DNA of 64,000 nucleotides from Euprymna scolopes (Eukaryota), in the NCBI GenBank assembly GCA_053919585.1, contig CM132802.1; one strand, given 5' to 3'. A program made the position numbers and the translations under genes. Shown here piece after piece: positions 1-12,200 of this stretch (the first letter of the stretch is position 1; every line of letters starts with the position of its first letter). Below the pieces are notes generated by a model that worked only from the letters and a program-made list of their open reading frames with translations, was not told the origin of the DNA and made no database searches.

Positions 1-668
1 ACTCATAACTTTGTAAGTATACCCGAAGACCCATGAAAGATCACATGTCGAATGTGAACGATGAGTTGGACGTAATGTAAAAATGTACCGAATATAAAAC
101 GGAACGAAACTATTTTCCGTTCCATTTTTACAAAACCGTAAAACAGAGCATTGCCCACGAGTTTTACCAAAGTTAGCATACTAATGTTATTTTTAAGTAA
201 AAATAATATAAAGATTTGCATATAAATTCCTAAATTCATTTTACTCTAAATAATTTAGGTGACTAAAATAGGAATCTGATTGAATAGTTAATTTCCTGAA
301 TAGTGAAAAAAATGATCCACAATAGTTCATTTGCTGCTAATATTCATTTTCGATAAATATTTGGCAGGAAAGCGACCATATGTGATTAATTTTAATTAAA
401 ATATAAATGTCTAAATTTACCCATATTGTAAACACATTCTGTATGCATGAGCAGGACAATGTTTATAAGTATGCCGTGGCGAGAATAAAAGTTCCTTTTA
501 GTTAAAAAAAATGCCCATATTGCTACAAAAACACCTAATTTATTAAATAAAAAATTAGTATAATGTTATAATCAGAAAGATATGTAAATATAGGCATGGA
601 TACGGTGAAAATACTATACCAAAATATCGAAGAAAGTGGTTCAGTGTTTATTTTAGTTTATCGAAAAC

Positions 669-843
669 NNNNNNNNNNNNNNNNNNNNNNNNNNNNNNNN
701 NNNNNNNNNNNNNNNNNNNNNNNNNNNNNNNNNNNNNNNNNNNNNNNNNNNNNNNNNNNNNNNNNNNNNNNNNNNNNNNNNNNNNNNNNNNNNNNNNNNN
801 NNNNNNNNNNNNNNNNNNNNNNNNNNNNNNNNNNNNNNNNNNN
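669..843. other. Assembly gap (N run); others at 15956-16154, 23398-23530, 33357-33519, 48910-49049, 53104-53232, 60519-60666
   Basis: Runs of n in the sequence. Confidence 0.99.
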
Positions 844-873
844 ATGCGTTTATATTTACATACACTCTCTCCA

Positions 874-884
874 ACACACACACA

Positions 885-945
<61 letters not shown>

Positions 946-1100
946 GTATTGAAATGTTAATTTTAACAAAAGTGAAATTTTGTATGTATATTGACTGTTA
1001 AAATTTCGCAAGTGATAATTTATAAGACAATATATATATATACATGTACACATATATATATACATATATATACATGTATATATATATATATTTATATCTA
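874..1100. repeat. (CA)n/(TA)n microsatellite and degenerate TA/CA tract
   Basis: Pure (TA)n at ~887-941, degenerate TATACA tract at ~1030-1100. Confidence 0.95.
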
Positions 1101-1109
1101 TCTACATAC

Positions 1110-3430
1110 AGTACTGCTTAGCTGTATTACAGATTATCACTGTGGCTGGACTAGCACTCATATCTTGCCAGGGACGAAATCTACAGCTATCTAGTTTATA
1201 GACAGCGGTTCTACGTCGATGTGAGTGATGCTCTTTTATTATATTTCTAAATTCCTCTTTATATACAGACCCGCCCGCTTATTTCGGTGCTTGATCTGCT
1301 TGTTTATTTACAAACAAACGCTAATTTAGCAGAGGCTGAAATCATATTACAAAAGTGTTTTCCTTGTACTGGATTTATGTTAGATATATCTGGGGCATGC
1401 GTGCTTCCTTCTTTCAATAGCAGCTGCGCAAGTAGAAGTAAACAATTGGGGAGAGAAACGTTTGCTATAAGTTATTTAATTGCCGCTTTGAACGATCGAG
1501 TGATATTATCTGCGCACAGTAAGAGAAAAGATAATTCCCCAGAGGCATTTCCGATGAGAGCCCTGATTGTTTCTTATTCAGCGTATTCATATAGCTTGTT
1601 TTGGACAATAGCTCCTCAGAGTTGGATAAAGAGTTTCGAGTGATTTTTTTCCATTATCACAACGTAATCACCATTCCCAAGTGGGCCATGGATATTTGTT
1701 GCACAATCATCGGGAACTGTAGTCAAAATTAGATCGAGAAATGAGGTTAACGTAACCCTTCTTAATACGGAATGAATTATAGATAAGCTATGAGTAATGC
1801 AACCAGGAAAATTACTGTGATAGACTAGGTGTATCAGAATTTTGGGTGAATTTTTGACACCCCTAACAAGAAACTGCGAATAAAATATTAAAATAAAACT
1901 CGTAATTTCTCCGTTAAAAGTGGGTTGTTTATTTTCTTTATGAATTATAATTCCAAAATAAAATATTAAAGTTGTATAAAAAGTAATAGAAATATTATTT
2001 TTTACTTACAAAACAACATTTTTATGTAATTCAATCAATTGAATTTTATGAGTTAAATATTTGTCAATTTTTAAACTTTAAAAATCTATCAAAATTTTTC
2101 TGTTGGTTCGATTTTTGCGATATTTTTAGGGTCAATGTGAAATTTTATGCTCTTTTAATAAACAGAATATAATATTTTAGACAAACGTTTATTTAAAATT
2201 CACGCCCCTCATTTTGAAATGTCTATTAAAAAGTAAATAAATAATTTAGTCACAAAAGTTTTATATATCACAAATTCAAGATAAAAGATCACTAAGTAAT
2301 ATATTCAAATTTAAACAAGAAAGGAATTGTTTTTAAAAATTTACCTGTAAAGTCCGAAGTTTTAAACCTATTTTGTTAAAAACCACCTTGTTTTTTTAAT
2401 GACACCTTGGTCTTTGCTCCTTTAATTGAACAACTATTAGAGGTTGAATTACATTTTTTGAGTAGTTATAAGCTTGGAAATATAGGGGGTCGAATTATTC
2501 AGTAATTTTTCACGCATTCGTAAGGTCAGTCTCTGACACACCTAGTGATATGCATCAAGTCACTAAATACCTGTACTCGCACGCTAGTATCAAGGGAGAG
2601 TGCTGTACCTATGCTGTTAGAAACTTGGTTGGGTCCTGAGTCGATGCAGAGTGGTAGAGAAAATATAAGTTAAAAACGGCGGAGTGTGAGATAACCGGGC
2701 ATGGAAAAGTGGTTGGACAGGAGGGAAGAATCTAGGATAGTTTCACTAAGCTTCAAGATAGCGGGAATTTTGCTAGGAGAAATGATCCAACATGCCCAGA
2801 TATTCGTGAAGGCAAGCCTCAAAGGAGGAGACGGATAGGGTTTGTTTGAGTTAACACATAGTTCTATCGTGATTTTTGATTGAACTGTCATTATATTTTA
2901 TTTACAAGTTTCGGTTTTAGGATTAGATGTGCTGGACTAATGGTTGTGGAGAATGTCAAACACAAAACACAAGTATATCATCAGCCGACTCTCCCTCTAC
3001 AAGAATATTACCTCGAGAAAGCCCACCGGAGATGGGTGCAAGTCTATTTATGCATGACATTGTATTAGAACTATTCCGATATTATACAGCTGCTGATGGA
3101 TCAGCTGCACCAAGTGCTCCCAAAGCGTTAAGGCTCCTATACTGCCAGTCGGAATATAGCAGCCAAACAAACTGCCACACTGGTACCCTCAACCTGTCAG
3201 AAAAAAAAACAGCACAATCCGATTGCATTGCCATATATGCCACCCAATCACGCCCACGATGCCTATTTTTAGGGATGGGAATATGGAAGGTGTGGGGAAC
3301 GGCGTCCATTGACCTAGTCAGGAAACAATGTCCAACATCGAGTGTTCTGTCGACTCTCTGTAATCGCACTTCTACGCTTGGCAAAGAGGTATTATTAAAG
3401 CCGGGCGATAAGCAGAACCTCTCCACTCCT
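1110..3430 (-). mobile_element. Old CR1/Zenon-like LINE, 5' portion (5' UTR, APE endonuclease, linker), interrupted by a MITE at 1823-2547
   Basis: Minus ORF 2670-2891 reads LRLAFTNI...LKLSETILDSSLLSNHFSMPGYL (APE N-terminus). Across the MITE junction it reads VFSD-(F/N)-AYHS (GDFNAHH-like). At ~1660-1745 it reads FLDLILTTVPDDC..HGPLGNGDY (SDH motif region), and at ~1400-1450 FTSTCAAAIERRKH. A GC-richer non-coding leader lies at 2900-3430. Many stops and frameshifts. Confidence 0.75.
1823..2547. mobile_element. Non-autonomous DNA transposon (MITE-like, ~725 bp)
   Basis: Terminal inverted repeats gACTAGGTGTaTCAGA (1823-1838) and TCTGAcACACCTAGTg (2532-2547). ATA flanks both sides (1820-1822, 2548-2550). 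The interior is AT-rich and non-coding, and removing it rejoins the LINE endonuclease. Confidence 0.75.
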
Positions 3431-4155
3431 TAAGCAGTTTATGTTTGCCAAACGTAATTTGTTCGATTCAGCAGCTCTAGAAAAGTCGTCGACTAGTACA
3501 GGAAAGGCCTCTCCATCCCTTTATTTAGTGGCAAGCCATATGAGCTTAGTAGCACATATTTAGCTTCAGAGTTTTTCTTGTCATGTACGGATTACCTGAA
3601 ATGATTTACGGGTCAATCAGCGACGATAAGGTAAGCCCCCTCCTGGGTAATAAACCATGTATTTTTGCTACTCTGCATATGTAGTTATAATAAATTGAGT
3701 TTCTACTAAAGGTTATATATCTACTGAAAATTTTTAATGAAAATCTTGTGAGTAGAGAAAAAAGCATTTACGCTTGTTAATGAATCATAAAGCATAAGCT
3801 AAACAATAATCCGAGTATAAATATAGATTAAGATATATATCGAAAAATGAAGTTTCAGTGGAAAGCTTATGGCATTTATAGCAGACATTCATACACAATT
3901 ACTGCCAAGAACTGCATTAATATATATGGACCTGATAAAACGAATTACTGATATGGCATTGAACATAATTGGAAACAGCAAACCAAGACAATTAATATCT
4001 TTGCGTATTAAAGTTCATAACTTAAAAACCTAAAGTCTATTAAGTATTTAAGAATTATTCATAATTTAGAACGTATTCAGTCAATCGTGAAACACAGAAA
4101 AAATCATGGTATTTCTGACAAGGAAACAGAAATATAAACGAAATATTTATTATAC

Positions 4156-4589
4156 TTTTTTTTATTACATTTTCACCCCAAACAAGGCACATTGCCACTT
4201 TGGTGTAGGGGGCTACTATCAGGGGAAACATCTACTGGGGTACTATGTAGGGATTAGGGCAGCGAGATGTTGGTTCACGTTGCACTTGAACTTATGCATG
4301 TCAGTACAGTTAGGGAAGCAGTGACCTGGAATGGAATTCCAAAGTCTAGCTGTTCTGGGGAAGAAACTACTGGAGTAGAAAGATCTTTTACATCTAGGGA
4401 TCTTTACAGTGTGGGGGTGGGATTTTGCAGCTTGTCGGGTCTTTCGAGGGTGTTCACGTCGTGGGGGCACAAGTGCTTGCAGTTCTTCAGAGCATTCACC
4501 ATTATAATACTTGTAGAACAGGCAGAGGGATGCAACGTTTCAACGATGGGACAGAGGCTGAAGTTTAGATGCCAGTTTAGGGCCTATCA
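4156..4589 (-). mobile_element. 5'-truncated CR1/Zenon-like LINE, family A 3' end
   Basis: ORF 4243-4470 (FFPRTARLWNSIP..FKCNVN) is highly similar to 55571-56010. It has the family A 3' UTR and an A-rich tail (T run on +). Confidence 0.92.
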
Positions 4590-5894
4590 TAACCAACATA
4601 AACGCAATAACTGTATATAAATGCCTAATATAAAAAGTTGAACATACATTTATACGTTTTGGAAAAAAACAACATTAATTATTAACGGAGAAAAAACCCA
4701 AAGATAAAAGAGTAATACTAGCATTATTTAAAAGGTGCGAAGAAATATTCCCTAATTTTACCTAGGTAGCACATGCTTAACACACGCATAGCTGATTAAA
4801 TGAAAATAACTCTAATCCGTTTTAGCGGGATGCCCCATTTGAAAATGTAATACTCAAATTTATTAAATTCAATTAATTTTAATATATAAATAAATTAGCA
4901 TTTGTTATCTGTTAAATTATAACACGTTTTCCATATATGATCGGATTCTATTATCAATAGCGATTAGAGATAAAGTATAAACTCTACTACTCCTATCTGT
5001 TGATACTCAAATCTTGTTACCTTATTTTAGACTTATCATCGATCATTCAATGTTCAACTTAAGTGGTAGTGTTTGATTTGCTTTGTATTCATCATATTAT
5101 CCTTAAACGCAAATTTTATGAGTAGTGTAGTGTCTGTTCAGTTATTTTGACATAACCCTTACAGGCATTACTTTCTGTTTTTAGATGTACTATAGTATTT
5201 ATTATACTATATTTTAGTCGTTATTCAATTGAAGCTTATAATATAAAGAATATGAGAGTGTTGACATTATTAATAGTATAAGAGATCCACTTGTTCGATA
5301 GGAACTACTCATCTACGAAAGAAAAAATCCATATAATTATTATAAAATTGATAGTTTTGATTGATATATTTCTTTACACTTTTTCATTACAAACAATGCA
5401 TATTGCACTTGGAACGTTAGGGGCTATTTTGGGATCATGTAGTACAGGAAACTGTAGGGAGTTGGACAGAGAGATGCCGGTTTAGAGTTCTGCATGTGTG
5501 TACAATCATGGAGGTAGAAAACAAGATGAGCTTTAAAAGTCAGGCAGTTGAAGATTTTCTTAAATCTGGGACTTTATACGGGAAGGTGAGATCGGATTTT
5601 ACTGTTTGTCGAACTGGTTGGAAATACGAACGACGAAGGGCGACTATTACGATGAGTTCATTAAAGTATATTCAATTTAAGCACGTAAACCACACTGAAG
5701 GGTGTAGCATTGCAGTGATAAGACAGTTATTTAAGATGGCCGAGAGTACGGTATCTCCTAGATTTGAAACTTTTCTGGCTCATATACAAGGGTAAAAGAC
5801 TAGGGATAGATTCACTAGCAAGGGTATATCAATTATACACTATTGACGTTTTATAAATGTGATTAAATGATTCACCATAAAATGATACACACAC

Positions 5895-5896
<2 letters not shown>

Positions 5897-5945
<49 letters not shown>
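5897..5945. repeat. (TA)n microsatellite
   Basis: Direct reading. Confidence 0.95.
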
Positions 5946-7189
5946 ATATTGAGAAAAGTGTGTCTTCAAGCAGCATACTCGATAGTATAGTAATTTGGCC
6001 TATTGAATTATCAAACCCATTAGTCTATTATTATCTATAAATTTAATGCAATGTGACATAATTAAGAAAATTCATTCACAACTATAAATGAAATAACTGT
6101 TTGCGTGTAGTTACTTAAATTCAGACTTTGAATCTTCACCTATTTGTATTCCTAAAAACAACGGATTAACATCGATGTTTTGTCGTTTTATCTACTCTAA
6201 ATCTATCTCTGCCCGGCCTGCTTAATTCGGGCGTCCCCATTCTGTTTTCTGCTTTTCTAACCTGCAGAAATTAAAATGTATTGCGAACAGACATGTGCCT
6301 AGTAAAAACCGTATTGACCCACGTTAGACACGATCGCAAATAGTAGAATTTTATGGCCAAATATCAATCCACTTTATTAGGGGTGAAAAAATAAATAAAA
6401 TATTTTAACATCTGTTGAAACAGAAATGGAAGGAAAGAAATCATGTACTTTAATTTTGTGTACATAAGTTGCGTTCATGTGCATTTAACGAAATAAATTA
6501 GTTATGTTATAGAATTAGACATATATTCTATTATTTATAGTTAAAAATCATTAAAATTAAATAAAAACTTGTTAATAGAACGTCAGTGCTCCAAAATTGA
6601 TACCACGTCATAAAGTTTGCTAAAATGTTAGAAGTATTTTATGTTATTAAATCTAACTATGATTTTCATAGCTTTACAAAAAGAAGGAAAACAATCAACG
6701 ATACTAATAGTATGTCATAAAATTTTATACATAGAACTGTTATCGACTTGTTTATTTAAGAAAGATCAACCTCCAAAAATATAGAATTTCTCATCCTTAC
6801 ACTAAATTTGAAACAACCATGATCTATATGGCGAATTCATCGTTTTTCAATATTCGAAAACCAACTAATAGCTTTTTTATTGTTTGCGTCCAGGGGTCTA
6901 AATTAGACCCCTAGCACGTTTATGTTTACTCGGTAAGACCATAACATGAAAAAAAAAACAAAGCAAGTAGTTGTTTTTTTTAAACGAATTTAAATCTGTT
7001 AAAATCTATTATTCTTGGGCGACTTTTTGCCAAAAAAATTATTATATAAAAAAACAGAATAATATACTTTTTTTTACTATTTTAAAGAGCATTTTAAATG
7101 AAAAAAATTCTAAAACCACATTTTTCACCACAATTTCATCCCGATCGATAAAACATTGAAATATTTTTAAAAATATTCTTGAGCCTGTT

Positions 7190-10100
7190 TGGGACGCACT
7201 CCTATTATTGGGAATAATGAACTATTCCATGACGTTACTTCCGTCCATAATATCACTACCGGTACAAAAAACGTTTTACGATAGAGTCGGACACAGACAC
7301 GTGAAGAGGGTGTTCGTGCACAACTAGTCCTGCCATGAGCAAATATATTGTTCAATTCCAATTTTTATGTATTTTTAATGCATATTTATTTTATCGTTAC
7401 TGTGCCTTTCTCGTCATTTATTCAACAACTAACACCACAACTGGAAACGAGATTTAGAAAACTCATGAGAAAAAAAACACGATATTAAATTACCTCAGTA
7501 TTTTTACAAAACTTCCGACAACGATTTCCAATTACATGTGAAGCCCTAAAAAGCACTTTGGTGACAAAAAATCCGGCTCTTCCACATGAAACAGGAAACG
7601 AATAGGAAAATCTTGTTACTCAGGGACCTTTTGAAAGAAACAGAAGAAAACATGCAAGTCGGTGATTGCGAAGACGTTTCAGATGGAAGTGTTTCAACCT
7701 GGCAAAACGCGAGGACGAAGAATACCTCACCTTCGCCTCAATTGCTTACAAATAAAAAGACAATGTTAGGGTAGCTGAATTATCAGTGGACAGTTTCAAA
7801 TCTTTACTTCTCATCTAAGAAAAAAGAAAACATAGAGATGAGACGATGTTCTATCTACACTTGAAAACAAACACGGGCTAACTCTCCAGAAGTTGGACGA
7901 GGATTGACAACGTGTGGTTTGTGTAAAGAACGACTCACAAAACATCGAAAAATAAGGCGTATCGTACGTACGAAAGATTAGTTTCAGACCAAAAAATAAC
8001 TTTCATGGGGGAAAATACAAACAAATGAGAAGCTAAAACCAATCAAAACCAAAGTTTGTCCATCCAAACTCCAACCCGAATTCGTCTACAAGTCAGTGTT
8101 ACCATTGCGGCGGAGAACATTGGTTTGATGTTTTAACAAAAAAAAATGCAATTAGTGCGGCAGGAAAGGCCATACAACGACGCATTGCAAAAGGAACAAG
8201 AACCACAGGCTTCGACAAACAATATTGGATAGGAAAGTCGAGAGTAACTGGAGTAAATATGCCTCAGTCAACATCCTCAAAAAGATAGTAGAGTTACAGT
8301 TGGATTTTGGTTCAAACCTGTCTATTATCACCCTAAGGACAGGTGAAAGTTTGAGGAAACCAACCATGCGTAAAATGAATGTCAGCTCGAGCAGTCAGAG
8401 GCGTTAGAATAAAATTCAAGAGAGAACTGACACTCCCTGTGGCGTTAAATGGCACGACCAAAAAAGTGGAATTTATGTGCATAAGATGAAAACCTCTTCA
8501 GAACGGATTGGATGGAACGATTTGAATTGTGGGGCCAAGCAATGAACAAATTCGGCAATAAAATAGAAGACTCGTCTACACGGGCACAACGGCTGAAGGA
8601 CGAGCTAAGGACATTTTTTCTAGAATTTTCTCAGCAGGTCCCGGAAGATGTACAAAAGCTATAGCCAGATTCGAACTGATGGAAAACGCTCTACCCATTT
8701 TCAAGAAGAAACGAAACCTTCCGTTTGCGGCAACTGAAAAAATCGATAAGGTACTTGATCGACTATAAAAGGCAGGAATGATATAAAAAGTCAGTACTAG
8801 CGTTTAAGTAGCAACCACCGTATATGTGACCAAAAAGAAAAATCAGATTCGTGTATGCGCGGATTTCTCAACGGGTTTGATTACCACTATCCCCTATCGA
8901 CACCAGAGGAGGCATTCAACAAAACGGTGATAAAATATTTTCTTAGGTTATTTAAGTGACTCGAACTTACAGATCTACGTCGAAGAGAAATGTTCTAAAC
9001 TCCTCTACATCCTCTATACACAGGGAACCCTACAAGCTTGAGAGGTTAGCTTTCGGGATCAAGATAGCACCTGCGATTTTCAACGGGTAATGGACACCAT
9101 GCTGAGCTGCCTCGACTTCACTTGCGCCTATTAGACGACATCTTCATTGCCAGTAAATCCACAGCCGAACATCGCAAACACATGCACGAGGTTTAAAAAA
9201 ATACAAAGCTTCGGTATCAAAGAAAAAAAGCTACGTGTGACTGAACGATATAAAATACCTATGTCATATAATTGATAAAAATGCTACACGCCCCGACTCT
9301 GAGAGGGCGGAAGTCAAAAAGAACATGCCTGCTTCCTATAATGTGCAAGCACCCCGATGTTTTTTGGGGTTGGAAAACTACTACCAAGTCTTCATAAAAA
9401 CATGCCTGACTTTCGCGCCCCATTGAACAAATTACTGAAGAAAGAAAAAGCTGTGGGTTTAACGCCTGAATGCGAAGCGGCGTTTGAGTAAATCAGGAAA
9501 ACATCGGAGATTTTTTTTAAACATTATGATTCAAACCAGAAAATAATAATAGCTAGTTGACACAAGCCCATATGGTGTTGGAGTTTTATACGTCATTTAA
9601 TGGCTGACTGTACCAAAACACGACCACTCCCTGCATCCAGATAGCTACTACCAGTCGATAGACCGTACTCGCAGATTGAAAAGGAGACATTAAGTATTAT
9701 ATTTGCCGCAACGAAATTTCATAGATACTTACATGGCAGATAATTTGCTTTGCAAACAAACCATAAGCCATTCCTAAAAATGTGTAGATCCAAATAAGGC
9801 CTATCGACATATACTGCCAATAGACTGTTGAAATGGGGTACGATCTTACTGAATTATAATTTCGCACTGGAGTACCTGTCATTAAAACAAATTAGCCATG
9901 CGGATAGCCCATCTAGATTGATACCTATTAAAAAGGAACCTTTTGAGGGGTCCATTATTGCCGCTCTTCGTACTGACTGCGATATAAAGACAATTACAGG
10001 CAACACAATAAGAGCGCTCCATCTACCTGAAATTAAAAAAAGCAGATAAGGATGACTTTATCTACAACATCAAAAACAAGATCGCCATGAAGGACGGCAA

Positions 10101-10712
10101 TGTTCATGAAGTATACTTGCTTTGCGACGATGTTTTACTATGTGGCGAAATAGTGATAATTCCAAAAAGTCTACAGAAATGAATTCTACGAGATTTCATT
10201 CACGACACCCTGGAAAAAAAACGAATGAAGAGCTTAATAAGAAGGTACATCTACTGATCTAACATGGGCATAGATGTAATGGGGATGATAGAGGCTTGCA
10301 CAGGTTGCACCTTGCAGGTCCGCTCGAGGACAACTATTATTAATCGTAGTCGAGAGCTACACTAAGTGGCTTAAGCTATTAAGGTGCAAAAGACCGTCAA
10401 CTGGAACAACGCTAAATTTTCTTACATGAACTGTTTGCTCGTTTTAGTGTAGTAGACTGCATCGGGAGCGACAATGGGACTCAATTCTGTCTTTAGTTAT
10501 AAAGTTTTTGTCACGCATTCTAAATTAAACACATAACAACTCCACAATATCAATTAAATCGAATGGGAAAGCTGGACGCTTCGTGGAATCTCTCAAAAAA
10601 GCGCCGAAGAAGGCTCAAGAGACCCAAAAGATGAAGCCCTTGAACAATTCCTACACGTATATAGGATTACACCTAGGCCTAACACCACAACAGCTGTCTC
10701 ACTAGCGGAAAA
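7190..10712 (+). mobile_element. Decayed Ty3/Gypsy LTR retrotransposon (Mag/K02A2.6-like), 3' end missing
   Basis: Domains appear in Gypsy order: CCHC knuckle CN*CGRKGHTTTHC (~8147-8188); protease LQLDFGSNLSIIT (~8293-8331); RT IRVCADFSTGL (~8847), LAFGIKIAPAIF and (L)DDIFIAS; RNase H SPYGVG and YSQIEKE; integrase H..HPG, C..C and SDNG (~10467). A degenerate PBS-like TGGAAACGAG at 7442 follows ...CA. The 5' boundary is approximate. Many stops and frameshifts. Confidence 0.88.
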
Positions 10713-10714
10713 TT

Positions 10715-12200
10715 ACATTATTATAAACTTAGTTCTCCATTTAATAATCGGTGAAAATGTCGTATTGATTGGATAATTACTTGATTTTGGTAGATTTTTA
10801 AAGAAAGATTTTGTCAAGAAATATTAACTCTCTCCTTCTGTTTTAACCGTACTTTGTGTTCAAAGGGAAACCGAGTATGACTGCATTCCGAATGAGCTCT
10901 ATTTAAAAGCGTTGATCTATCTTCGCGTACAATTGGAATAGGGCGAACAACGGGAATTCACAACTCCATTCTCGACATAAAGCTTAAGTTGTAAATTTAA
11001 TCAAAAAACATCAATGTAGAATATAAAAAACGGAGTTGTTGTCAAGGACTTCAAGGCCAAGTAAATTAAATACGCCATGCTGCATCGTTTCACAGCTCTA
11101 AAAGTGTCGTCCACACCACATCATAATAGATATACGTAGTCATTAACTATTGCCTATATATGCCTTAGTAACCGTTTAAGATGCACAAAGCTGGTCTAGC
11201 AGCGTTTTCCGGAGTTCGATCGTATAAGTCAACTGCCCATAATTTGTCTGTTTTGTTATCAATGCCATTCGATTAAGGTCAGCTCTTTTTATCTCAACGC
11301 GGACCTACCGTAATGTACCATGTCGAAATTTCTGAAGGACCCAAACTTCAATACAACAACGAACAATTTTGAGTCTTAGATATATTTACATACGACAGGA
11401 AATTTCATGTCCCGTCTTTTGGCTTAGTCCTCAACCACTAACTAGACAGCAATAATTAATAGGTCCATACTCGTCCAATTCTGCTCTCTTGGCTATCCAC
11501 TCAAAAATTGAACATTATCTCTAAAGCACCATCTTGTTTCGAGAGTTCAAAGTTTCTGCGGCTCCTATTATCTTTTTAATTATTTGAGTTTAAACGCCTT
11601 TGTCTTTTCGTGAATTTTAACCTAACATGCGCCACGATCCTGGTCCGAGAAGTACAGTCTTTAATATTACATTATTATATGTGTTTATTTATTAAATTAA
11701 CAAAAAGTAGCATTGTAGCAATTTGATATTCTAAAACTGTCATAGCCTATAGCGAAGCTGATCAATTTCCTATGATTTTGAAGGCCACACGTTTCTGTGA
11801 CGACCCAGATCAATATTTTAATAAACTGTCGTGCATTACAATATTAAATTATAAGTATAATAGACAGTCGATTGAATCCGGTGCCATATCATATTTCTTT
11901 TTTACCGTCATTTATATTTGTAATTTCTCCATTCAAAAACTTTGAGAGTCACCCAGTGTTCCTAAACACGAGACATTTAATGAATAATAAATACTGTAGT
12001 CCCAAAGCCGGTTGCACTAGCAGCCTCGTTGCCCGATATAGATACCCTCAATCAATTTTCTTTTTAGATATCTCTATTGTCGCAAATAATCCAATTTTGT
12101 CATTTACTGTTTTTCTTGTCGAATATATACCAACGAATGTTTTGATCTCGTGAGATAAGCAGGTGAATTATCTGAACAAGTCACCTTGCGCAATTTGTTA
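10715..12200 (-). pseudogene. Decayed leucine-rich-repeat coding remnant
   Basis: Manual translation gives GVFNLLGLEVLDNNSVFYI (11017-11076) and FLTKSFFKNLPK (10781-10820), with weaker LRR-like stretches up to 12150. Interrupted by stops. Confidence 0.45.

Noticed and set aside
596-1194. ORFs spanning N-gaps or YIYI/LLLL/VCVC tracts (also 15900-16263, 23263-23601, 33287-33565, 48799-49149, 53075-53284, 60342-60849)
   Set aside because: They are open only because of Ns or microsatellites.
2927-3433. 168-aa plus-strand ORF and 114-aa minus-strand ORF
   Set aside because: They lie in the LINE leader and show no RRM, PHD, esterase or zinc-knuckle features of an ORF1.
4900-5810. Possible additional minus-strand LRR remnant and plus ORF 5496-5795
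   Set aside because: Motifs (LNNCLITAM, PDLENLQL) are too weak to call without a profile search.
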